From contig NMRA01000746.1 in assembly GCA_002633005.1 (NCBI GenBank), positions 1 through 64,000 on the forward strand: DNA of 64,000 bases, written 5' to 3'. Positions 37,001 to 50,700 of this stretch are shown here, in pieces. This DNA comes from Phoronis australis (Eukaryota > Animalia > Phoronida). The notes below the pieces were generated by a model. It was not told the DNA's origin and searched no databases. It saw only the letters and a list, made by a program, of their open reading frames with translations. Every line of letters starts with the position of its first letter. Positions within the stretch are counted from its first letter, which is position 1. Position numbers and translations under genes: made by a program.

Positions 37001-40000
37001 ATGGTTTATCAGAGGGGAATTTTTTGTGCATGTAAATTTCTTGTTGATTGAAACTACATTTTTCTCGCTTTGTAAATATGGTAAGGTTTTAACAGTTGTG
37101 AGTTTCTTTTTCAATTTTTGCTTCTAGAAAGATGTAGAACGTAAGGTTTTATCTGACATACCTGCTTTTTGCAGGTCACAAAATTTGAGGTGTGCAAAAA
37201 AGCTTGCAGTCTAGCTTTTGACCCTGGAGTAGATTGAATGTTGATGCTGTTCCTTGTGGTGACCCATTTCTGTATGATAAGTAATGATCTTTGGATATTT
37301 GTGTTTACTTTGATTATAGAACTTTTCATTAGAACCTTACGTAACTTGTATTACACTAGGTTCTAGCTTGGAAACAAATTGCTGTACATGCAAACATTAA
37401 CAAAAGGTGTTTCTGGTAACTGAGTAATATGGTATCCATTAGGGTGCAAAGTAACAAACAATGGAGTACTTTTCAGAAAGTGGTCCCTGAAAAGTTTAAT
37501 AATTTGTCATGTTTGACCTAAACAACCTGTCGTTTTGCTTCTTATCATCTGTTATCACCTCAAGGTCCCTCACCTGTATGTGTGGAAAATTGACTGCCGT
37601 CTCAGTGTCTCAGTCCCAGACAGTACGTTTACATGGACACCTGTGTTTTTTCGCACCGAGTACCCATTATACCTGCTCTGGCCCATCATGTTGTCAACAG
37701 TTCTGGAGGTAACGCTGCAATCTGTCATGTGGTATGCTGTTGGCATAATGTTTTGCTATGGTGGCAATTAGATTGGTGTAGGATTTTCTTGCTAAGCTAT
37801 TGGCCAATATGATCATCTCTATAGGGTCCCTTACTTCAGTGCACTTTTATCTTGTTACCTTCACTGTGTGCTAGTAAATCTGCTCTGTGGCTATATTGTG
37901 AAATCTCACCAGATTATGTCAATAAGGCAGACAAGTGAAATTCAAATTTTATCATTTTTGCATAAAGGGTACGATGATTTTTCTGACAGTTTATACACTC
38001 TGATAGTCTGTACACCTCCCTTGAAACACGGCGTCTCTCTCTAATAGTTCGTACAATAAGTGTCTGAGGGAAAATTAGTTTGTGCACATATTTGTGTCGG
38101 AAAAAAATAATTTGTACATACTTTTTAGATAGGTAAAATGGCAGTTTCGTATTACTTTAAAAGAACATAAATCAATAAGCGCCAACTAGGCGGGTAATTT
38201 GAATTTATGGTTTGCTATACTACGCCAGTATAGAACTCCAAAAGTCATTTTTAGATCGCCAATTGGTGACAGCAAATACGGAAATGGCGATACGATGTAC
38301 CAGGGCCAAATGGATGTTTGACCATATTCATGTTCCGTCCAATAGCAACTATCAAACAATACCCTACCACTGTTAGAAGTTCCCTTTTTTAGCACAGCCC
38401 ATGAAATTGCTTTCCCATCATATCCAGGTTCCCATTCACACTATCATAGGTTTATTTGTATTAAGGCCTCTGGCCCTAAGTATGGTAAACATTCACTGCT
38501 TGCATACATTTATTAGCAAGACCGAGCTCAGAGGAGTAAGAGACACCTTTGTGCAATGCTCGATTGTCCGACAGTGAAGCCAGGATTCGATCCTAGGTCT
38601 CCCAAACGGGAGTCCAGAGCTCAAACCAGTGAGCCACATTGTCTCCTTGAAGGAAGCCCTTGAAAATGAGCAAAGGGCAATTTTTGCAATTTTTTATCTA
38701 TTGGTTAGATTTTATCATACTCCAATAAGTGTGCGTGTCTTAATTCAGCACAGTTTCTCTGACAGTTCCGAATACCTACATATACACTGTAGATTTCTGT
38801 TTTGTGATTATGGTGAGAATGCTAGTTTTACACTGGTTTACAACAGCATATTGTAAAAGTGCACTAGAGAATGTTACTAAATTTCATTTGTCCTTGGGAT
38901 AACAGGGAAGTGCTTCACCAAACTGCCTCCACGGTATTAGCCTTTTCCTTTGACAGCCAATTGGGAGACTCTAGAATTCATCATCCTAGGCAACGTCAGA
39001 CTCTGATGTATCTGATCTATTAAGTATCGCTTAAAAATCTGTTTCCACTATCAGTCTTCCTCTGTTACTAGACGCGTTACGATGTTTTGTCTCTCTTGAC
39101 TGAATCAATAGACGGGTGAGTCATGCACGCAGCTGAACTATTAATAACGTGCGTAGTAAATATTTTAATTAAGTGAACTGGGTCTCCCAGGTGTGTTTTT
39201 ATCAGGTGAGAGTACTGTGGAGTGCTAGTCAAGCCTGCTGCAGAGATGCTACTGTTTTGTTGACTTGTTCTGGGCAGCCTAAGTCAACAAAAATTAAATT
39301 GGTGACCCAGTTATAAGTTTCATCATAGCGATTCTAAGGCAAAACGTATTTTGTACTCAAAACACTGATCTTGGTACCTTTCAAGTTTTCTCAGAATTTT
39401 CCTGTGTCTCGTACTGAGAAGGTACAGTTTATGTAGGACCTTTGGTTTGTGCCTATATATTGATATGCTATTAATTTGGTCACACAGTCATACCTTTCTT
39501 GTAAAATTTAGCAAAAGAAAGGTGCATTCGTAGAAAACAGACGGATTTAATGACAAAGCCAAATTTCATTTGATATAGATGTTCAGGATGAAATTTCAAA
39601 AATTCTGCCATAGCTTTCTAGAACTTTTTGTTTTCATTTTATGAAACTATTGACTTTTTCATAAAAACAATAAAAGTCATATTTTCTATTGATAGCTCCT
39701 TAATGTGCCAAAGTGAAACATTCTGGATACAATGCCTTACATTGGTTTGCAGAACAATTCAGTAAAGTATGTGAAAATTTCAATTCCATTAATGGTTTCT
39801 GAGATACCTAGCTCTGAAGTTAAATTTCAAATTTTTCTAGGGTCCTTCATAACGTTTCATTTTAATTTCCCATAAAATTCAAATCTTAAATCAGGTAACT
39901 AAACCTCACTAAATAGGAGTCGTACCTTTCCTTGCCATGTTTGAAAATGATTTCCATCTTGAAACTGGTCAGTAAAGAAGTTGGCTAATACATCCCAAGC

Positions 40001-43000
40001 AGAGTGCCATCTGTTATTATGAGCTGGAGTATCTGTCTATTAATATGTAGAGAGTGAACATGACTGACAATCTCTTTTAACTGGGTCTAAAATCCTAATT
40101 ACAGAATAGCGTTTACACCTTATTAACTGTCTGATTACTTTCCATCATCATTTCTGGTGACGACAGTTGGCTACTGTACTAATGAATTCTTGCGCACAAC
40201 CATCAACATGACATTGCGGATCATTTATTTTGCCGTATTATTTTTGCCATGTTCCCTATTCAATAAAAATTCAAATTAATTTATGCTCAGTGCCCATTGA
40301 CCTTATTTTAACGACTTTCATTCATTGTTTCCAAATGCAAATTTTAAGAAGTGCTTTGTGAACGATTCAATGAAAATTCCAGTTATTTTTATGGTTTTGT
40401 TCCACACGTACACTTGCTGCAGGCATACATCCTATAAAACATCTCGTAAATGAATTCATTTGTAAAACATAGTTTTCCTTTGTCTTTTCGAGCTGGATTG
40501 AGTATTAATGAATAGGCGATTGCCTCCAAACTTGGCACACAAATCCCCACTGACTACTGCAGTCTGTATGGCTCAGAATCAATGCTAGCCTACACAGTAG
40601 TTCCTTGTGTCTGACACTGCAGTATTGAATGCCTGATATAGACTCTGCCAATAGATACCGTTGAGTCATGTTGAGTCAGACTGATTGTAATATTCCAAGA
40701 ATGATGGTTGTCGTTGAGGTTGGCTAAAAGCTACCAGGGATTCCTATACTAGATAGCTTGCCATGGATTCGGGAACCTCTGATAGTATGAGCGTGGATAC
40801 GTGCGGCTCGTCTGTGTCTGATTGTCTGGGGGTAAGAGATGCAAAGAATTTGACATCTGTGTTTGTTGAAATTATGTATAGGATTATACACGGCTTGGTG
40901 CTTCTGAGTCATTCATTTCGCATATTCAACTTGGATGAAAAATCTCTGGTTGAGACGACGACGGCTGATATTTCAGACTCTTGTAAATGAAACTGCTCTT
41001 TCTGACAGTAATGTTGTTAAGTTAGTTATGTAAAGCAGGTGTGAATTTGTATGCTATTTGAATCTTGCAGCTTATGCTGTTCATTGAAACCCTGTTTAAA
41101 GGGGTTGTAATTAGTTTGGGAATTTCGTGACGAATTGTAATTTGCCAAGACTGTTGTAATATCGTGAATTTTTGCCTTTTTAGTTTGTATGCACATTACG
41201 GAAATATGGGCCGCATTTTTAGTCTGATTAACATGAAATTTACACACAAAGTGTAGCTCATGGGTTCCGGTCTATTGCTTTTGGTCAAGTTAGGACACAT
41301 GATGATGGTGCGACAGCCAATTTTCACTTTGTAGAACTGGGTCTGGGATGTCTTTATAGGGATTGTTGTGGATAGAATTCTTCGAGAGCTATCGAAAATA
41401 TGTGATCCGTTTCTGCTGTCTTTGGTGTCGCTGCCTTCGTCCCTTGATTTCGCAGTGTCACTTTTCTTAACACTTTTATTTGCATTGTTAGTGTTCTGTT
41501 GTATAGTGGAGAAAGATATGTCACGTCAGTGTAAGCCCCATCTTCTGTGTACCATCACAAACCGCCATCATTGATGTCTTGTACAGGGTAGACACAAGCC
41601 GGTGCTAATGCAGCTGAATAACTGCACTATTTACCAAAAATGGTGTAGTGTTGGATGTGAAACTTATGGAACGTTTGTATGTGGGTGCATGTGCATGTGT
41701 TGAGAAAAGAAATAGTCCCTTGTCTTGTGGGTGATCATCAAAACAGAATTTTAGCTTTAGCCCGACATGAAAACGAAATAGGGGAAACTGAATATTGTGT
41801 TTATCCTGTTACCATTGGAAGGAATAACATTTTTAACAATTTTCTGCATGTAAACAAGTTGAATCTGCATGGATTAATGGGCTTGCGTTACTTTCAGGAG
41901 AAACGCGATGAACTGTTGAAGAAAAACCAGGACCGTGAGTCAAGGCTAGAGGAAATGAAAAAGAAGCGGGGTAAATTAGAGTCTTTCGGGTTTGGAAGCT
42001 GCACTCCACGGTTCGACGCAGGGGGCCTGGATGGCACAAAGAGGTCACTATCACAACAGAATCTAGCACGACAGGGGGCCACAGACACATTGGAGGTGGA
42101 TAAGGCTTCCAGCGAGCGCAGGGCCACCTCTGCGTGTAGCATGACGCGTTTACAAGGTTTGCACAGAGCTGTGGTGTGGTTTGTACTGCTGTGTGATGGC
42201 GTCTGCTGCACGAGTGTTGCCTGCTGCGCACATGTCGTCTGCTCACCTCTGGGAAGCAGATGATACTGAACATTGCATGCGCATGCCGTGTCTGTGAATT
42301 TAAACACAGCAGTTGTAGTCACTGTTGGTTGTCTCAGTCTCTCAGATGAAAATGAGCTCACTTCATGTTATTGTGAAGTAGTTTGAAAAAAGTTGGTGGT
42401 GATCTAAAATAAACTTGATCTTTTTGTCTGATCACATTGCTGATGGCAAAATTGTTTATACATTATGAGCTTGATAGGGTTAAGTTTCCTCAAATTCAAA
42501 CAACAATGATTGACCTTGTGGCCATTTTCCAGTTTTCAAAAGGTCACTGCATTACTAGAAATGCTCAATATTTCATCAAGTTTTTGCAATGACAGCTTTT
42601 CAACATAAAGTGTGCAATTAGTAAAACAAAAGTTTTCTTGTTGTTTACTTTTTGTTGAAATTTTTGGCAGAATGAATTTTCTCTCTTCCCCCATATCATG
42701 TTTTAAATTGAAGAAACTTTATCTTAGCGACAATAATGTTTCACCATCATGTGTCAAACAATGCTTCTTAAGTCATACGACCATCAAACTTCATAAAACG
42801 GATAAGTTTTTGAATTTTATGCAACCCAGAAAAGCGTCACGCAGTAAAATATCCCTCAAGGCTCAGTTCAGTCTTTACAAATGTTATTTTCTATTGATGA
42901 GATCATGTGACAATCTAAGGTGTGCCATTATCTGCTGGATATTCAACTGCCTGCTGGTCATAGCAGAATCAGACAACATTAATCTATATCACTCGACACA

Positions 43001-46000
43001 ACCTTGTTGATATAAGCTAGCTGTCTGAAAGTACTAAAGACTGGTTTTCTCTAGGAAATGCAAAGTTATCCCGTGGCGGCGGCTTTGAAACCCAATTACA
43101 ATTGATCGATTTTGTCTGATGGCTAATAGGAATATGTTTGATTCTGACCAGTGTTTTGCACTGTTTGCTTGGCTCGCGTCATGCTCTATGTTTTGCCTTG
43201 TTTTACCCACAGTTTTGACGTTGTTGTTGTTAATGAAAAATAATGTGTCTGTAGTTGTGTTTGTGCGTGTGTATGCAGGTATTCAACATAGGTCGTTTGG
43301 CTATGACTTTGGGAATGTATAAAAACAACATATTTTAATGTTTGATTTTATGTGCACTTACATTTTGTGGTCAGTGTGCTTTGAATTGCAAGTTTTTGTT
43401 TATCTGTATGTTTGTAATGTGCGTATGTATGTAATGTCTCTAGTTCATTTATAACAAGATTTTGACATTTTTATGGTGAAGATCTTTTTATAAACATTCA
43501 TTGTCTTTTCAAGCCAGAAACTACTCTCTTGCACGAGTTTCTGGAATGTAGGATTTGTTTTAAGGGGGCAATGAACCCATACCTTCTGTCAAAAACCAAC
43601 CATTGATTTATGCCACTCGCATTTATAAAATGGTCTAATTTTGTTCTGCTCACTTGCAGTGATTTCTAAGCTTAAGAATTGACTGGTTGTTATTTGCTCC
43701 AGACTTAAGGCTATTGAGTTGCCCCTCATCATCCTTGTTTAGGGCAGCACATGACTGTTAAGGGAATTTTAGGTCATCCACATTGTGGAAAGTATCAATT
43801 CAAACAAAAAGCAGAGGCTTTACCATTTTTTTGGAAAAGCTAAATCACATGCCTGTGAAGAAAGTTTACGCGTCTAATCCCAAAACATGGTTGGTAACGG
43901 CTTAACAGTGGAAGTGTTAAATTTACTCATGCAAGACGGGAATAGACTGTTGGAGCTTTCTCCAACATGGGGGAATCAGAGAGATTGCATTTCGTCAAAC
44001 TTGCTTTGTATCTTATTTTGGAAGTCTACAAGAGTTCACATATATTTGTTTGGTTGGTTTTATTTTACGCGTGGGTTCAAAGTCAGGGTCAGTCATGTAA
44101 GCTGAGAGCTCTGAATCCCTGAAAACTGTCAGTTGCTTTTCACCTGAGTTTTGATAGTTTGTTGCTATTGTTTCCGTTATTTTGTGTATTTGCTTACTGG
44201 ATTGCTGAAGGGATTCTTGGATGCTGTCATATCCAGTGCATGTAGATGTATCGCCACTGTGTGTGCAGGTATCTGGCCACATGTACCTGTTTGTGAAGCT
44301 TTGTCTAAACCTGAAATTTAAGGTGTATATGCACAAAACATTTGAGCAAAGTCTAAGTTTTTGAAGTAGTGTGTGTGTGTGTGTGTGTGTGCGTATGTGG
44401 GTGCGTGTGTCCGTGTGTGCGTGCGTGCGTGCGTGTGTGTGTGAAGCTCGATTTGTTCGATACAAAGTGTGTAGATGTTCTGATGTATACAGTGTCTGTT
44501 TAAGTGAAAAGTTGCAGGAGTCAAATCAATCAATGGGATAGTCCACTACACCTGTGGATGAAGCATAGGCGCATGCACCTGATTTTGTTGAAAAAACGCA
44601 TTATTTTGTATACAGGTACATGGGTCTATATACGTGCATGTATGGTATTATGTTGCTGTCCGACATTGTAGTTGGACATTGTGCTCGGATGTTTGTACTT
44701 GGACGTTGCACTTGGACGTTGTTGCATGTTGTCTTGCATTCACATCTCCACAACAGGTGCTAAAGGTGATAGATTACTTCAGTCTAAACGCAAAGTCTAC
44801 TCAAAGTCAACCACAAATTTATCCATGAGACGGACAAAAGAACCGTTACACGGCTCCGTCGTGGGCCTGAGCACACTCGTCGAAGTGCCCCCCGGTAAGG
44901 CTCGCAGGAAGCGATGCTAGTCACCTGGACATTGCGAGATTTAGATATAGACGGTTTCCTTCTTCTATATACCATGAGTGAATTTGTGTGGGTTTTATGA
45001 ACTTACAACTTCTTTTGAAGAGAAATAGTAAAAATCAACATAGTGTAGCCGTTTAGACACCTGTGCATGTTTTAGGAGATCATATTTTTTCTTATTTTAT
45101 GTTCTGCATGTTGTTTTTAAATACTTATCTGTTTGGGTTAACACCCAGAGCCCTTAAATGGAGAAACACAAACATACAGAAGTGGCCGTCAGTGAAGTTA
45201 TTAACAAAGTTGAAGTGGACAAGCGGAACATGGGTGTTAATCTGGACGAGCATAGTACTTGGTTTTGTATTTGAGTTGTTTGGTTGTTCATGTGTGATTT
45301 AGTCGGCATTTTGTGATTTATGTATTCACTCAGCGGCTGTGCCATGTTGTCAGTAATGACAGTTATATGTGAAAGCAATTTCAATCTCACAAAAGCTAAA
45401 TTGACAAACTCAGCTCTATTATCTCACAATACACCCTTCTTCATACTACGAAAGCAAGGATTATGTTGACTAGACCTACAGGGTTTTTTAATCCACTGGT
45501 TCCGCGACGTCAGGGTGAATCACAACTGCCTTACCACCAGAGGGTAGTGCCTGCTCTTAGTTGTAGCCTCTGTAGTTAAGTAACTGTTTCTAATATTGGT
45601 GACTACTTGTGTGTAGCACACGGTAGCTCTAAGTACAGCTTGGTATCTTATTAGTGTAGTTATTCTTCTACTGGTACTTTCTATTCCTGTTTTTATTCTG
45701 CGTTATCGATCTTGTTTGGAATTCACATTTTATTACTCTTGACTTTTTACGATTTCTCCAAATTTGGAAGTGAATGTCTGAAATCCAAGTTTTGGGTAAA
45801 TGTTACAAGTTATATAAATAATGTTAATTAAGACAAATGGCATTTTTAAGCATTTTGACCGTTCCCGAAAAAAATTTATTAGCTATGATTTTTTTCTTCT
45901 CTCCAAGGTATTTTTGCCACGTGTTGGATATTTATACAATTTGGCAAATTATCAAAGACATGCTTAATTTTGCATTGTGGCTTTTCCAAAATTTGCTGCT

Positions 46001-47675
46001 CATGGCTGCATTTCGAGAAAACGTAAAAGTACTTAACGTGTTACCCATCTTGTTGCATGGCATGTGCTGACCTGCTTTCTGTCTTAAGCCATCTGCTTCT
46101 TGTTTTGGGCCGTCTGCTTTTGGTCGTCTGCCTTCGGCATGCATCGTGGTGACTGGTGGTGGATGGTTGGATTAACACGTCACTGGTCACGTGACCATGT
46201 GGCTCTCTCACCGCAGTAACACTCTGGTCTCTTCTAGCGCCACGCTATTATCCACCACGTCACTGCTGCGTTGACTCCATCCCGGTGACCCCAACGTTCA
46301 CACCCAATCTCGAAGGAGCGCGTCGACAGCGGCCACATAGCGTGGCTGGCCGTCTGTCTGTTTCCCATATTATGCGTAGTCTGGATACATCTGTTGGGCC
46401 CACGACACCACGTCAGGGTCGGAGTACTGAGCGGAGAGGTAAACGTCGTCGTCCTCGTAATTGGTCATCGTAAGACCCTGTCGTAGTCGGAATTCAGTGC
46501 CAGTCTGTTTTTAAAAAATGCTCAACATCAGATAATTTTCATTTGACTCGTGTGTTATCCTGTTTCCACACTGTGCTTTATCTCACATATTTGTAATGTT
46601 TCTCCACGATTAAATTAAACTGTTAAACTGTGTGTGCAACGTGGCTTATTTAGTTTGCCAGAACAATTCTTCAGTGTCTATGTAGTGTTTTCTGTTGCTA
46701 AACATCTAGCTCTTCAAAAGTCACCAAATTCTCTTTGGCACCACTGTTTTATGAGATCCCTGCGACAGATGGAGGGTGTCACATCGACTCGTTTATAATT
46801 AACAGTAGTTTTAACAATTTCTTCCCTATGAGCTGTACCATACTAAATGTGGTCTGGTAACGCTGAAGTTAACAAATTAACACACTCTGTTTCTGTTAAT
46901 CTGCCAATGCTAGCACATTTTTTTCTATTAATTTCCTGTTTACCACTTCTAAGACATTGGGGAACCCATCTCTGTAAACAAAGTCCCACACTGCTATTTC
47001 AGGACAGGCCCAACCATACAGAGTACTCATAGGAAGTCAACACGTGACTTAATTCTCAATTGGGATTTTCAGCTGCCTCAGCTCAAGCTAAGAGATCCCG
47101 AAGCTCAGACCTTCGAAAGTCAGTTCCACTTCCAGAGAACTTGAAAAAGAGCATTGATCGCTTGTCTTCTCCCAAGCCGAAAGCGACGCCACGCGATAAC
47201 CGAGAACGCGAGATTGAGGCCTCAAAGTCGCCTGTGAAGATCCGACATGAGGTCAAACCACTGCCCGAGTCAGTGAAGCGAACAGTAGAGCGACTCAACA
47301 AGGCAAAGGCATCACCAGAAAAACAACCAGCGGCTAAGGTTTGTTAACTTGTTAATCTTGTTTGTTGCATGAATGTGTTCTTTGTTGTAATAACTGTGTT
47401 AATTTGTAGCTATCCTATGATCGCATACCGAAATACCACAGCACCACTCTGATTCTGTGGAAATTACCCACAATGCTGCACTTTTTACTTCACAGCCGTG
47501 TTTGTTGCTATTTTTCATTTTTTTAATACATTTACTGCCCAGACAACATCACATAGCCAGTCTGAGGTTGGGTGCCTCAGTTCTGGCTTTAACAAAAGTA
47601 TATAATAGCGACTAATAGATATATAATGCAATAAAATGTACCTGGAAAGGGGAGCGGGGTAAGGACTTTCACGCG

Positions 47676-47725
<50 letters not shown>

Positions 47726-50700
47726 GCACACACACGCTGTGTTGAAATTATGTCTGGAAAAATTAGGTTCTATATAAATACATACAAACATAAATACATA
47801 TAAAAATAATAATAACAGTACAACTTTGATCATTTCTAGAATACTAATTAAAAGCATGCGTGCAGACCTCTCCATTTATCCATTATGATATTTTTCATTG
47901 TTATTAGTGCATCATCCGTTTTTCTGTTGAAACAATGTTTAGCTGTTGTGTCACCAGAAAAAAATGATTTAAAGAAGATGAGCAGTACACAATATATTGT
48001 TCTGTACATGCCAAACTCTTTTCAGAAGTCTTGTAGGGTTCAAACCCTTTGAAAACTAGGTCAATTGCGTTCATGAATAGCGCTTTTCTGCTTCTGCAAC
48101 ACAGAAGAGATGTTTTTAGGTGTGACTATTGTAAATGATCATGAGCCTAGAAACTTGTGTGAAGTCGCTCCAATTTTGAACAGACAGTGTTGTCAAAGTT
48201 GCTGCTTTTGTTTGTGCTTCAACAGATTATAACAGTGTTGTATGTAAATACCCACAATTATTCGAGATATTTTATGTTTATTTCTAGTCTCGGTACAAAA
48301 AAATTTGGTACTGTTTTTCTTTTGTAATTAACATTGTGCTTTAAATTGGTGAGACTTTAGCGAAGTGCCATGTTATCCTATCTTGTGGAGTATTTTATAT
48401 TTTGTAACTGCCATCCATTTGAAATAGTCACCTACTGAGATCTGGAATATCGAGAACCAGTTTTATGCCTGTTATTTAGTGGACAAAACTGGTTCTCGAA
48501 ATGGTGGGTCCCTGTAAGTGACTATTACCTTATATATCCTTTTATTTTGTGTTCACTGTTAGTTTATCGTTTGATGTGAAAAACGATAATTGCAACGGAC
48601 CTAAACTGTGGATTCACACCTGACTGGGTAATTGAAAAAAAATTCCAAGTGTTTTAAGGTATTCGAACACCATACCAATGGTGAACCCTTGTAACCATAT
48701 AAAATAGTAAAACTCGTAAAACCGTGTTTCTTGAAGCTTTGGCATGTTTTGGAAACAAAAATAACATTCGCCCATTTGTTTAGTAGTTGTTAAAAATGAA
48801 ATTTTTACAAGGTTGCTTAAACATCCGCAGGTGTCGAACTTTTTGCAAAACCTGTTTCTGCATTCTGTGAATCTGTGAACTTCAAAACAGTGTCTGGATT
48901 TTTTTGTTTAAAGCCCCATGAAGTTAAATGTGACTGTCAAAATTAAGATGTTTCAATGAATGTTAGAGCCTTCGTTTTGGACTGTCAATTAGGCCTAGAC
49001 AGAGAATACCAAGTGCGCTTTTGTAGGTAACAATTCAAAAACAGCATATGAAGATTCTACGTAAAAAATATCATGCTATAGTGATCTCCATAAAAATTAT
49101 GCCTGTCGACGATTAATATTTGGGCACTGTTCTTGGGCGCTGTTACCATCAGCAAGAATCTGAAATAAACATCATTTCATGGGTGAACAATTATTGGTAA
49201 ACAGACATTTAAAGACTTGTTACTGTTGGTAACAATGGTGTCTAGTTTCTTTAACTTCAACAATTCTATTACTAAGTTGCCAGTATTGTTGCTTGAAGGC
49301 TGTGTGCTCCCACATCAAATGTTGAGTGTTACATGCCAAAAGTGGTCATTGAAATGACCCGGAATTTCCCATCATAGTAGCTAAGAGCAAGTGAAATAGG
49401 CTGACTAGAAACAGTAGGAAAAAAAAGTAATAACTAAGATTGTGAAAGCGCTATTCTGCAGTAACGATTTTACTAAATGGTTAGTTGTTGCATGTCATTT
49501 TTGTTGTAAATGGAATTAGCCACAGTGATGGATACGGTAATTCTCCACTAATTTGGTACACTCTCATTTCACGTATGTAAAATTATTTAGAAAAAAATAT
49601 TTTGCCCTTCACTTATTTCGCAAGAGGATTCATGCCGGTAATTTTTTGCCTCACCTAATTCGCACATGATCAGTTTTTCAGGCCTATGGTTAATTCTAGT
49701 AATACACACCTTTTTAACTGTGCTTTGTGTATTCACCACTAAATTCATCCATTCATTTGGGTATCTCTGTTGGGAATATGCAATGAAAGTGGTTGTTGCT
49801 AATACATGGTTAATCAGGTATTTTCACACACCCGTCAACCACGAAGTGTTTATATTCAATTTACTTCACACAGCGCGACTACGAAAACTATATTTGATTT
49901 AATTTGTGCAAAAATAGTGGAGAGTTACCGTATGAAACAGATTTTTGTTTGATTGCTTTCGGTGGTTACTTTATCAATACGCTATGCACGTTGTCACCCT
50001 TGGGTCAGTCCACCTCCTGTTTTACAGGGTCCTGTGAAAGCAGTGCCAGTGCAGATGGTCAAAAAGGTGTGTTTCTGTGTCGCCCTCTTTGCTTGTCATC
50101 GTGTTGAGTTTTCGTCGTCATGCTTAAATGTTGTTCAGATTCCACAAAGGGCTAAATGTGCATTTCCTGTTTTAGTTGTGTGAAAAGGTAAAAACAGTTT
50201 TAGAAGTCTCCTTCACCATGATGGGACTTTATTTCTATTGCTACCAAGGACATTTAGAACATTTCAGAGCAGGTCGACCACTGCAATTTAATCGATTTTA
50301 AATTTAAAATGTTAATGGATACGATATACAGCTTAAAGCAACTGCCTTCATGAATTAGAATGTCCCAAATTTATTACTCTGAAATTGTTAAATGTACCAG
50401 ACTTGTCAAACACAAGTTGCCATAGCGTGTTGCTCAAGGCAAATGCAATGGTGAATAGTCAACTTAATTATTACCATAGCCTCAGGCTCATTACATTAAG
50501 TGCTTCTCAAATTACCTGTATGTATTACACAGCTCTGTTGTTAAGAGATGGTAATGTATGTTTTTGTATTCTTTAGGTACCTAAACCCAAAGAATCTCCC
50601 AGTAAAACACCTCACAAAGAGGGAACTCCACCGGTGCGTAAAGAACGAACGCCACCCGAGAGTCCTGCTCACAAGGCAGCTAAAAGTAATGAGAAACATG

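Noticed and set aside
39191-39205. 15-nt phase-0 microexon VCFYQ
   Set aside because: Weak pyrimidine tract, and the peptide would break the coiled coil; the donor is better explained as the end of a 5' UTR exon
47003-47072. Upstream acceptor extending the 47073 exon
   Set aside because: In-frame TAA before 47073 in the required phase
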